Shown here piece by piece: positions 23,732 through 34,999 of a stretch of 64,000 nt of DNA. The notes under the pieces were generated by a model. It saw only the letters and a list, made by a program, of their open reading frames with translations. It did not search any database and had not been told where the DNA came from. Location of the stretch: contig NC_042998.1 of the NCBI RefSeq assembly GCF_006345805.1, positions 176,576,001 to 176,640,000 of the forward strand, written 5' to 3'. The DNA is from Octopus sinensis. Its lineage: Eukaryota. The stretch's first letter is position 1. Each line of letters starts with the position of its first letter. A program made the translations under genes and the position numbers.

Positions 23732-23773
<42 letters not shown>

Positions 23774-24015
23774 GTGTGTGTGTGTGTGTCTGTGTGTGTG
23801 TTTGTGCGTCTCTGTTTGCACTCAAACCCCATCATCACTTAACAACCAATGCTGGTATGTTAACGTCACCGTAACTTAGCGGTTCGGCTCAAGTAACCGA
23901 TAGAATAAGTACTAGGCTTACAAAGAATAATTCCTGAGGTCGATTTGTCCGACTAAAGGCGGTGCTCTAGCATGGCCACAGTCAAATGACTGAAATAAGT
24001 AAAAGAATAAAAGAA
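23170..24015. mobile_element. SINE cluster: decayed minus-strand SINE, partial family D (-, 23497-23710) and family B 3' half (+, 23790-24015)
   Basis: Matches to the other copies in this window. Confidence 0.7.
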
Positions 24016-24165
24016 AAGAATAAAACACTAAGATAAAAAAAAGTATTCGTGTTAATTCAAATATTGGGAAAGATGAAAATAAATGCAAAATTCAAAAGAG
24101 ACAACGAATTTATCTGACAACCTAATAGACTCCCACATACAAACACCCACACACAACACCCCTCC

Positions 24166-24226
<61 letters not shown>

Positions 24227-24228
24227 TG

Positions 24229-24284
<56 letters not shown>

Positions 24285-24732
24285 ACAGATAAAATCACGT
24301 TAATGATTTTTATCAGGTAGTCAGCATGCAATAAAAATTTTATATGTAATTTATACATTAAATTATTAATTATATATATATGTGTGTGTGTGTGTGCATA
24401 TGTTCCCTTTACACACACACACACATATATATATATATATGCTCCCTTTATATGATTATATACATATATATATAATTATTTAATTTAATTATATATATAT
24501 GCCCCCTTATATAATTATATACATATATTATATAATATTTAATTAATTATATATTATAATAATATATATGTGGTGTGGTGTGTTGTGTGTGTGTGTGTGT
24601 GTGTTGTGTGTGTGTGTATAATTTAGAGAAAACCTTTATTAATTCAATAGTGAAAGACGTTATTCACACCATATAGAAAACATATACTATAAAATCTTAT
24701 TCTAAAAAACCAATAAAGTACATAAAATATAT

Positions 24733-24817
<85 letters not shown>

Positions 24818-25215
24818 GCAGGAGTGGCTGTGTGGTAAGTTGCTTGCTAACCAACCACATGGTTCCGAGTTCAGTCGCTGCGTGGCATCTTGGGCAAGTG
24901 TCTTCTGCTATAGCCCCGGGCGACCAAGCCCTGTGTGAGTGGGTTTGGTAGACGGAAACTGAAAGAAGCCCGTCGTATATATGTATATATATATGTGTGT
25001 GGGTGTGGGTGTGTGTCTGTGTTTGTCCCCCTAGCATTGCTTGACAACCGATGCTGGTGTGTTTACGTCCCCGTCACTTAGCGGTTCGGCAAAAGAGACC
25101 GATAGAATAAGTACTGGCTACAAAAGAATAAGTCCGGGGTCGCAGTTGCTCGATAAAGGCGGTGCTCCAGCATGGCCGCAGTCAAATGACTGAAACAAGT
25201 AAAAGAGAAAGAGTT
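24818..25215 (+). mobile_element. Full-length family B CORE-SINE
   Basis: GGAGTGGCTGTGTGG head, TCTTGGGCAAGTGTCTT CORE, internal microsatellite and complete tail. Confidence 0.9.
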
Positions 25216-25314
25216 AAAGATATTAATCATATATATAGAAATAAATAACATATATAATATATATATATAATATATACTATATATTATATAAACATCATGG
25301 TATAAGAATAATAC

Positions 25315-25594
25315 TGTTATAAAGTGGACGGTTGTCGGCACATTAATATTCTTGCCGCCACCATCATATTGTGGCGGTATTCTGCGTCTCATTATCTTTG
25401 ACTCGTCTATCGTGTTATCGCTGATAGCTCCGCAAGACAATGACTTTGAAACGTCTACTTTGACGGTAACTCGTACTCGTATATAACACGTAACTGCCCC
25501 CTGACTTCAGCTGACAACTCTCACAACGACTCTTCTACTACTGTCTGACTTTATAGTAGCTGGGTCACGTGGGAAGGAAAGCACCATTTTCACA
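25315..25594 (-). mobile_element. 3' LTR (280 bp, TG...CA) of a Ty3/Gypsy element
   Basis: On the minus strand the PPT AAAAGGGGAGA is followed directly by TGTGAAAATGG. The LTR ends ...TTTATAACA and lies downstream of the integrase. Confidence 0.7.
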
Positions 25595-25759
25595 TCTCCC
25601 CTTTTAGTTTTTTTTTTTTCTTTCAGAAGCAAATAATTTTATTTTACTTTATTCACCCTTCCTCCCTCCCTTTTAACGTTTTTTTCCGACTTAATATTTT
25701 TTTTCCTTTTGGCGTGTATTTGTAGGAACTCTGTGTTCTTCCTATTTCTCCCTTTTGTA

Positions 25760-26645
25760 CGCGTGGGTTCAACCATCTGTAACGGTGCTGGTACTTGAAA
25801 TGTGTCATACAGTCATTCCATAGTTTCTTCTAACCTGTCTGGTTCATTTTCTATGAATCTCTTCTTCAATTGGTTTCTCTGTCTTTTTTCAATAACCTTT
25901 CTGCTTTTAATTCCGTACATCTTTTTTCCTACGTACTTTGTAATTTTTCCTTCTTCCCAGTATTGCTTTCCGTTTTTATCGATCTCATGTACACCTTATC
26001 ACCAATTTTGGAAAATTTTGGATTGTCTTTCCTGGTCTTTTTTCTTTCTTCACCAGGTAACAGCTTATCAAAAACTGATTTCACCTTCCTCGGGAACAAG
26101 TTCTGCTAGTGAACTTCCTGCTGGTGTATTGGGGTGGGTTGTCACCCTGTATACCCTTAGGAATTGCTGCAGGACGACTTCGTCTGTGACTTCTTTCTCT
26201 GCTTTTCTCAAAGCTCTTTTAAAAGTGTCCACAGAACGCTCTGCCTGTCCACTTGATCAGGGATGGTAAAGCGCTATCGTTTTATGTTCTACCGTGAACA
26301 TTTCGCAGAATTTTCTAAATTCACTGGACACAAATTGTGTTCCATTACCAGATACAATCACGTTTGGGACACCAAATCTTGCGAATAATTTGTGCAAAAA
26401 AGTTATTATCGTTTCAGCGGTTGGTCTTTTGCACTTAACAATTTCCGGCCATTTTGTAAAACTGTCAACTACTACTAAGTAGTAATAATCAGTTAACGGA
26501 CCCGCAAAATCGACATGCAGTCTTGACCAGGGAATTTTTCAATTATAGCCTGACTTTCTAGCTCTTTATCGACCTGGTCTAATGCCGCAAACGGTACGTT
26601 CCATTTGGGCCTAAAAACAGGTGTTGCCTTTTCTTTTACCGCGAT
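25760..26645 (-). mobile_element. Ty3/Gypsy integrase pseudogene (rve core)
   Basis: Minus translation: PWSRLHVDFAGPL...LVVVDSFTKWPEI...LFARFGVPNVIVSGNGTQFVSSEF...YHP*SSGQAERSVDTFK, with stops. Confidence 0.9.
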
Positions 26646-26665
26646 CCTCGCTCTTATGTGTGTGT

Positions 26666-26705
<40 letters not shown>

Positions 26706-26789
26706 ATTTAGAGAAAAACCTTTATTAATTCAATAGTGAAAGACGTTATTCACACCATATAGAAAACATATACTATAAAATCTTAAAGT

Positions 26790-26992
26790 ACACGTGACCC
26801 AGCTACTATAAAATCAGACAGTTGTAGAAGAGTCGTTGTGCGAGTTGTCAGCTGGAGTCAGGGGGCAGTTATGTGGTTATATACGAGTACGAGTTACCGT
26901 CAACGTAGACGTTTCAAAGTCATTGTCTTGCGGAGCTATCAGCGATAGCACAATAGACGAGTCAAAGATAATGAGACGCAGAATATCGCCAC
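26790..26992 (+). repeat. Inverted partial copy of the Gypsy LTR
   Basis: Reverse complement of about 25371-25571 with scattered substitutions. Confidence 0.85.
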
Positions 26993-27289
26993 AGCAACAG
27001 CCTAATCCTTCCAAAAAAAAAAATAATAAAAAACAGTCGGAAACGATTTTTTAAATTTTTTGTTTCACTTGTTCGACTTCATTCGAACTTCTGACCGAGC
27101 CGACTGCATTTTCTCATAGAACACTAATGGGAGTACCTCACATTTTAAATAACTCCATGCATTCTGTGCCAAATAGGTTTAGTGATTTTTTTCAACACAT
27201 AAATGATCGTCCTTTTCGTTTCACCTCGAAAAATCATATTTGCAAATATATTGCCCATGAAATATAATTTCTTTCCTGTAACTCCATGT

Positions 27290-28110
27290 GTAGCGTGTGA
27301 TCGTCGCATTGATCATGACAGAGAAAGTTGTCATGCCGACACCAGCTCAGAGGCCTACGCAAAGTTGCAGAGAGTGTGTGTAGAGGGGTGTATGAATCGC
27401 ACACGGTGTACGAGTGGTTCAGACGTTTCCAAGATGGCCGAAAAGTGTCGATATTGATGAACGTTTTGGGAGACCCGCAACCAACAGAACTGAGAAAAAT
27501 ATCGCAGATGTGCGTGCAACTGTGAGGGAAAATCGTCGAATCACCATCCGTGAGTTATCAGAGGATGTGTAGATTAGTTACGGTTTATTTTAGTCCATTA
27601 TCACTTAAGATTTCTGTATGAGACGCATGTCTGCCAAGTTTGTGCCAAAACTGCTTTCAGCTGATCAAAAAGGCATTCGGGTTTCAGTTGGACAAGATAT
27701 CCTTGAATGTGTTGAGAACGATCAAAATTTTTGAAAACTTTGCGTACGCCTCGGAGCAGGTATCGCCAAGCGGCGAGCTGGCAGAAATGTTAGCATGCCG
27801 GGCGAAATGCTTTGCAGCATTTTGTCTACCATTACGTTCTGAGTTCAAATTCCGCCCAGGTCGACTTTGCCTTTCATCCTTTCGGGGTCGATAAATTAAG
27901 TACCAGTTATGCACTGGGGTCAATAAAATCGACTTAATCCATTTTTCTGTCCTTGTTTGTCATCTCTGTGTTTAGCCCCTTGTGGGTAGTAAAGAAATAG
28001 GTATCGCCAAGCCTTTTCCAGAATTTGATGCAGATTCTCTGCTCAACTTTCTGTCATGGTCAATGCGACGATCACACGTTACACACGTTCCTTCCAAGCA
28101 CTGCTGTAAA
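27290..28110 (+). mobile_element. Mariner transposase remnant (HTH region), interrupted by a SINE
   Basis: ..VYEWFRRFQDGR...NIADVRATVRENRRITIRELSEDV...MSAKFVPKLLSADQK.. with stops and frameshifts. Confidence 0.8.
27768..28000 (+). mobile_element. Family A SINE with 14-bp TSD
   Basis: AGGTATCGCCAAGC at 27758-27771 and 27999-28012. Confidence 0.9.
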
Positions 28111-28248
28111 CGGTGGAAGTGAGCTAGAACGTTAAAACTTAACACCAGAGTTCAAGGTCAATCTGTGCCAAACGGCCTTACTTTGCGTGGTTTAGCTTCG
28201 ATACTATTGCGACATTCCGGATATTTATTGATCAGGCGAAGTATGTGT

Positions 28249-28313
<65 letters not shown>

Positions 28314-28951
28314 ATTGTATGGTGAACGTCGTTTGGAAGAACCGAAGTGCCTGGCGGCCCGAGGTTACGCATTAAGTTCATATTTTCATTGACATTAGAT
28401 ATATTTCATTTATACATCTTATGCTTTTAAGACGGGCACAAAAGCCACCGCAACTCATCATTTCAACCAGAATACAACAGAAAAGTCGCCAGAGTAAAAA
28501 AGATATATTTATCGAACACTAGTTCGCTGGATAAATATTTATAATGTATATGTCTGTTTATACAGGCGTGTATATATTGTATGAATTATTTATGTACACA
28601 TGTGTGATCACACAAATGTATGCATATGGACATGCATCCGTTCGTACGTGTACATGTGTATACTTGTGTGCGTACGGATACGCATATGATTATGTATACA
28701 TCTGTCATTAGAAACAGTATGTGTGTTTATATGTGAGTATATATATATATGTGTGTGTATGAATATATATATATATATATTTATATAGTGACGCATATTT
28801 GCCATTTGAATATGGCTAACCCCTAAGGGTGGATGCTGCTGTAGTTTGTAGCCCCTGGAAGATATCTGCTCCAGCTGGCTATAGACACACTATCTGTGTC
28901 CTCTCAGTATTTGTGAAGGGGAGTCATCCTCCCCGTCTTCAACTCATGATA

Positions 28952-28996
28952 CACACGGACCCGAGTTTCAAGGTGTTTACCTTTCATCAGCGTGTG
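28952..28996 (-). ncRNA. Minimal type I hammerhead ribozyme (45 nt)
   Basis: Minus strand reads CACACG-CTGATGA-AAGGT-AAAC-ACCTT-GAAAC-TCGG-GTC-CGTGTG. Stem I is 6 bp, stem II 5 bp, the core is complete and the GUC triplet predicts cleavage between 28958 and 28957. Confidence 0.85.
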
Positions 28997-29102
28997 ACAA
29001 TCATGGTTGTCGACGAGAAGTCAGCTCCCTTCACAAATACATATACTTTTTCCAGTGTCGATTGACACTGATATTGAAAAAGAGAAATCAAACAATGATC
29101 AT

Positions 29103-29144
<42 letters not shown>

Positions 29145-29260
29145 AAAGTAAATAATGAGTGTAGAAATTAATATTAATAATTGATATCAATTTAAACTAG
29201 TGGCCTAGCATACTTAAAAAAATCCGAAGATTAAGAAATTATATTACTTATATTTATAAA

Positions 29261-29421
29261 AGGAATAACCACCAAGGTGGATTCTTAATATGCTAGAAGA
29301 AGACGTTAAATCGTCTTACCACGAAAGTGTTCTCAAGAAATTTCGAGAACACATTCTCCGTGGTAAGACGATTTAGCGTCTTCTTCTAGCATATTAGGAA
29401 TCCACCTTGATGGTTATTCCT
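29261..29421. repeat. Long palindrome: 63-bp arms (3 mismatches) plus an inner 8-bp stem
   Basis: 29261-29323 is the reverse complement of 29359-29421. Inner GTGTTCTC/GAGAACAC. Confidence 0.92.
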
Positions 29422-29520
29422 CTTATGTATGTATGTATGTATGTATGTATGTATGTATGTATGTATGTATGTTTCAGTAAATATATTTAAGCATGCGCAT
29501 GCTTCGATATATGAATAACG

Positions 29521-29563
<43 letters not shown>

Positions 29564-30432
29564 TCTGTGGTCTCATCCCATATCTATTTAATATTTAGTC
29601 TCACTATAAAATGAGGTCCCTGGGGGCACATTCAACAGTTTGGGATGAGAATAAAACTAACCGGTTTCACTGAAATTTAACAATCTAGCATGATTCATCT
29701 CTGTTGGACCTCTATTACAAGCCGCCAAAAGCGCCCTCGGGAGACTTAATTTCACAGCAAGATTAAATCTATATGGGCGTAATTCTGTATACATATTTAT
29801 TCATAATCCACACAGAACTGCTACTCGTGTAATTATTGTAAAGCCCTCAACATATTGCCATTATGCAAATGAGATGAGTTCATTACAAGATTTATTTACA
29901 TTTGTCCCTGCTCTCAACGTTTTGATAGCAAATCCCACCCATAGAGATGTGCGCTTGAGCACACATACATGCTTTGCAACAAACGCACAAGAGAGAAAAA
30001 AAAAAATGAGCGCACACAAAATTTTCAAGAGGATATAGAATGGCTTGAATTAAAAATTGTTCCAGGCAGGAATGCGCACATACTTTGCAAGGAATGACAA
30101 AGTTCATGCATACACTTGCAAATTCATGCACACACCTTCAACAAAATGCGAGTGAAAGAACCTGCTTAAACAAGAATATAAAAAGGAGAAAGCAAAGTTT
30201 CCAGTGTGAGTATGTGGTTCGTGGGGTCGACCGCGTCCTCCGCTTCAATTTTTGTAAATCACTCATTCTTATTTAATTGTATATATTTTGTTTGTTTATT
30301 CATACGTTTCGTCTCATTCGATATCCTGGCCCCAATGTTTTTTTTTTGTCTGTCCTCGTATCGTCCTCTCTTTTTCTCAACCTCATGGTTAATGAAGAAA
30401 TTGACTGGAGTTGTTTTAATTGTGTCTCCAAG

Positions 30433-30521
<89 letters not shown>

Positions 30522-30871
30522 AGTTTTTCTCTGACTATTAAAACAATAAATTTCTAAAATGATTCAGTGTTTCAATTGGAAAACATACAAATGTATTAGT
30601 TTTTGTTTAAGATACGGTATCCCATATTGGCTGTGGTTGAAAACACACACACACAAAAAAAAAGAAAGAAAACCCTACAGAATGAGTACTAAACTTAAAA
30701 ATAGGTACTGGGGTTAATTTGTTCGACTAAAACTCGTTAAGGCGGTGCTTTAGTATGGCTTCGGTGACTGAAACAAGTAAAATATAAAAGAATTAACTGC
30801 TTCTACAGCTCTCTGGGGGAAGGAGATAGAGTTATAAAAAAAAAATTCCTGGTGAATTTAATAAGTAAGAA

Positions 30872-31191
30872 GGATCTTTTCGGTTTGAACGGCAGTTTTT
30901 TTTAGCGGTGTCATATGAAATTGTCACCCATAATTATGACCCTATTATCGATCTATAGCATTTCAATCTGTTTTAGGGTTGGGTTAGGGGTGGGGCGAAG
31001 GGTATATTTTTTTCTTCAGAAATGTAAATAAGCCCAATCTGTTTCTTAAACGAGGGACATATTCATACGGCACAGAATGTTTTTTTTACCTCAATGGACG
31101 TCATTGATTGGTTGAAATTGCAGAAATTGAAGAAAAAAACAACAAATATCTTACAAACTACAGAATACTGCCGTTCAAACCGAAAAGATCC
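30872..31191. mobile_element. MITE, 320 bp, with perfect 25-bp TIRs and 7-bp TSD
   Basis: TIR GGATCTTTTCGGTTTGAACGGCAGT at 30872-30896 and its reverse complement at 31167-31191. GTAAGAA flanks both ends. Confidence 0.88.
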
Positions 31192-31577
31192 GTAAGAATA
31201 AACCAGGAGGGTTCGATCGTCATACCAAGCCACTAAAAGGATCCTCGTTTGTCGAATTTAATAGCGATGCTGTAGTATTGCTATTAAATTAAACCCACAT
31301 ATGGATTTGGGTCTGTGAACTTATTCAAAACCCACGCTGTATTAGTGCGGCAGTAATTATGCGTTTATTTATGTATGTGTGAGTTGAGGCATGTATTTGT
31401 AAACGTCAGCGATCACATGAGTGAGTAGACATGATGATCCGATGTCTGATGACACTGTTGTCTCTGATCTTATATAGTTTGAAAATAGCAACTGTTAGCG
31501 GCAATGTTGCTAACGTGTGGGCGCGCAAGTCTGTAGACTGATGCCAGCGTATTGGATCATGAGTGACACAATTGGCA

Positions 31578-31643
<66 letters not shown>

Positions 31644-31804
31644 TGCGCGCACCTGCTAGTGTGAGAGAGGAGAGAGAGATTGAGAGGAATAACTCAGAAA
31701 CGAAGAACACTAACTAGAAAAAGAGACAAATTAGTCATTTATAAAAGATGAGGGAGGGGGTAAAGAGAAAGAGTGGGTGAACTAATGAGAGAGAGAGAGA
31801 GAGA

Positions 31805-31845
<41 letters not shown>

Positions 31846-32184
31846 AAAGAACCACGGACAGATAGATAGACAGACGAGAATAGATGGACAGAAGGGAAAA
31901 TAAAAAGCGGATAAAAAGAGACAGTGATAGACAAGGATAAAGTGGAAGCGGTACAGACAATCAGACAGATCAATTTGTTAGACTGTCTGACCGACGGACA
32001 AATAGAGATAGTTAGACAGATGTATAGTCATACAAACAGATATAGACAAATAGTCAGACAGATAGACAATCATACATATATACATATATTCGTGCATACA
32101 TTCTTACACACATATGCATGTATATAAACAAATACTCAAATACACATAGACACAATCATACAAAATACTTTCAAACAAACAGAC

Positions 32185-32193
32185 CGACAGGTC

Positions 32194-32257
<64 letters not shown>

Positions 32258-32260
32258 CAC

Positions 32261-32329
<69 letters not shown>

Positions 32330-32332
32330 CAC

Positions 32333-32409
<77 letters not shown>

Positions 32410-32412
32410 CAC

Positions 32413-32469
<57 letters not shown>

Positions 32470-32472
32470 CAC

Positions 32473-32519
<47 letters not shown>

Positions 32520-32548
32520 GCGATAGCTTCACAGTTTATGAAACTGGC

Positions 32549-32607
<59 letters not shown>

Positions 32608-32730
32608 AGAAAGGCAGGAAGGAAGGAAGAAAGAAAAAAGAAAGAAAGGAAGGAAGAAAGAAAAAAGAAAGAAAGGAAGGAAGAAAGAAAGAAAGAAAGA
32701 AAAGAAAGAAGAAAGGCAGGAAGGAAAGGA
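32185..32730. repeat. (GATA)n with CACA interruptions followed by (GAAA/GGAA)n
   Basis: Direct reading. Confidence 0.95.
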
Positions 32731-33589
32731 TTAATGAGTGAAAAAGAAAGAAAAGAGACAAAAAGCAAACAATAATAGGAGAGATGTTGAGAGGTAGAAA
32801 TATTACAGACAGACAAAAACAAGATAAAAAAAACTCAGCGGACATAGATAATGGATGCTTGGGACAGGAAAGAAATAAACATTAGAGAGACTGCTAGACA
32901 GGGAGATAAAGATTAGAAAGGTATAAAGTGAAAGAAACAGAGAGAGAAAGGTAGACGGAGATGGAGCAATATAGAGTGATAGAAAGGGGGAGAGTGTGAA
33001 GTTGCGAAGGATAGAGTCAGAGAGAAAGGATGAGGAGACAACGATTTTTCAGAAAGTGTGTAGGTGTGTTAGAGATATGGAGAGCGGGAAATACCGAGAA
33101 AGAAAGAGAGAAACAGAGAAAGTGAAAGTAGAAACAACGGACCAGAGTAACTAAGAGTAAATTGTATACAGAGGTGGGAAGGATTTGAAGCAACAAACTG
33201 AAAAGATGACCCGAGAAAGAGAGAGAGAGAAAGTGCGTATGCATGTAAATTGAAGGAGAAAGAAGAGAAAGAGAGAGAGAGAGAGAGAAAGTGCGTATGC
33301 ATGTAAATTGAAGGAGAAAAGGAAGAGGGAGAGAGAGAAGGGGGAAGGAGAGAGGGAGAAACAAAGATACAGAAAGAGGGGGAATGAGAGAGCAGGAGAA
33401 AATTAATTAGGTAAAAAGCCCAGCGCGGATTAGAACTGCCTGGTTTACATACAAATTACAAGTGACACCTTCTAACAAGACATACGTAACGAACGACCTC
33501 TTCAACAAAATTGATTTTCGCCTTTTAATTTTCAATATAAACAGATCTGTGCACAGGCATGAACGTATGTGTGTGAGTGCAACGTATGT

Positions 33590-33671
33590 ATGTTCGTAGG
33601 TATATAAATATACATATATATATATACATATACACGCTTCTACACACGCATACAAATATGTATGTATATAT

Positions 33672-33746
<75 letters not shown>

Positions 33747-33760
33747 TATATACATATGTA

Positions 33761-33810
<50 letters not shown>

Positions 33811-33970
33811 CATATATACATATGTATATATATGTATGTATACATATGTATAATATGTATGTATATATGTGTATATATATAATATATATATATATTATAT
33901 ATATATATAATATATATGCTTCTATATATGCACACAAATATATATTCATACAAGCATGCACGTGTATGTG

Positions 33971-34018
<48 letters not shown>

Positions 34019-34070
34019 CCCTCACACGCGCGCGCACACATACACGCACGCACACACACACACATATGTG
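33590..34070. repeat. Compound (TA)n/(TATG)n/(CA)n microsatellite
   Basis: Direct reading. Confidence 0.95.
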
Positions 34071-34999
34071 GTGCATGCATGTATATGAATTTGTGTGTGC
34101 GTGAGTGCATGTTTGTCGGCGTGTGTTTAAATTAAATTGCCTTTATCGTTGGTGATATCAAATCTATGTTGTAATTTCATTTACAACTTACCTTACTCGG
34201 GATAAATAATATATAAACATCAGCAGACGTCCCAATGATTCTTTGTGAAACATTATATGTAGCGGTATGTCGTAGCTACAAGGCAGGCAATTTGATTCCA
34301 ATAATGGAGTTGGCTAATGCAATATTAAAAGACCATGATATTGCGTAATATTTATTAATAAACTAAATGAAACCTACAGACTCTGATTGTTCAGAGTTGG
34401 TTCTTGTTTTCTGTAATTTCTTTTGTTGTATGAGAATGAATTATATATTCGTGCGAACATACGACTGTGCATGACTGTGTGCATGCGTGCATGTGTGCAT
34501 CTGTGTATGTGAATGCATTGCATGTATAAATCTGTCATAGACATACGTATATACATATATACGTATGTGTATATCTATACACTCATAGACGTGCACATAC
34601 GCACGCAAGCATTCATGCATACATACATGTATGTATGTATGTATGTATGTATGTATGTATGTATGTATGTATGCATGTATGTATGCATGTATGTCTGTAT
34701 GCATGTATGTATGTATGTATGAATGAATGAATGAATGTGTGCATGTATGTATACACACGTACATACGTACGCATTCATACATGCATACATAACATACACA
34801 CACGTTTGGGGCTACAAATGAAGAGGCAAAATGTACTAAAATTTGTGCTGAAAGGGGATTTATACTACAGGTAAAACACTGCTCCAGGGACACTTATTGT
34901 TTCATAGCAGTTAGGATGCGTCCTGAAATAGTAGATGTTAGTATCTAATAAGTAACTGTTGTGAATTATTAGTATTCATTTATTGTTACATCATAAGGA

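Noticed and set aside
30970-31000. Interstitial telomere
   Set aside because: Only two imperfect TTAGGG units, inside a MITE.
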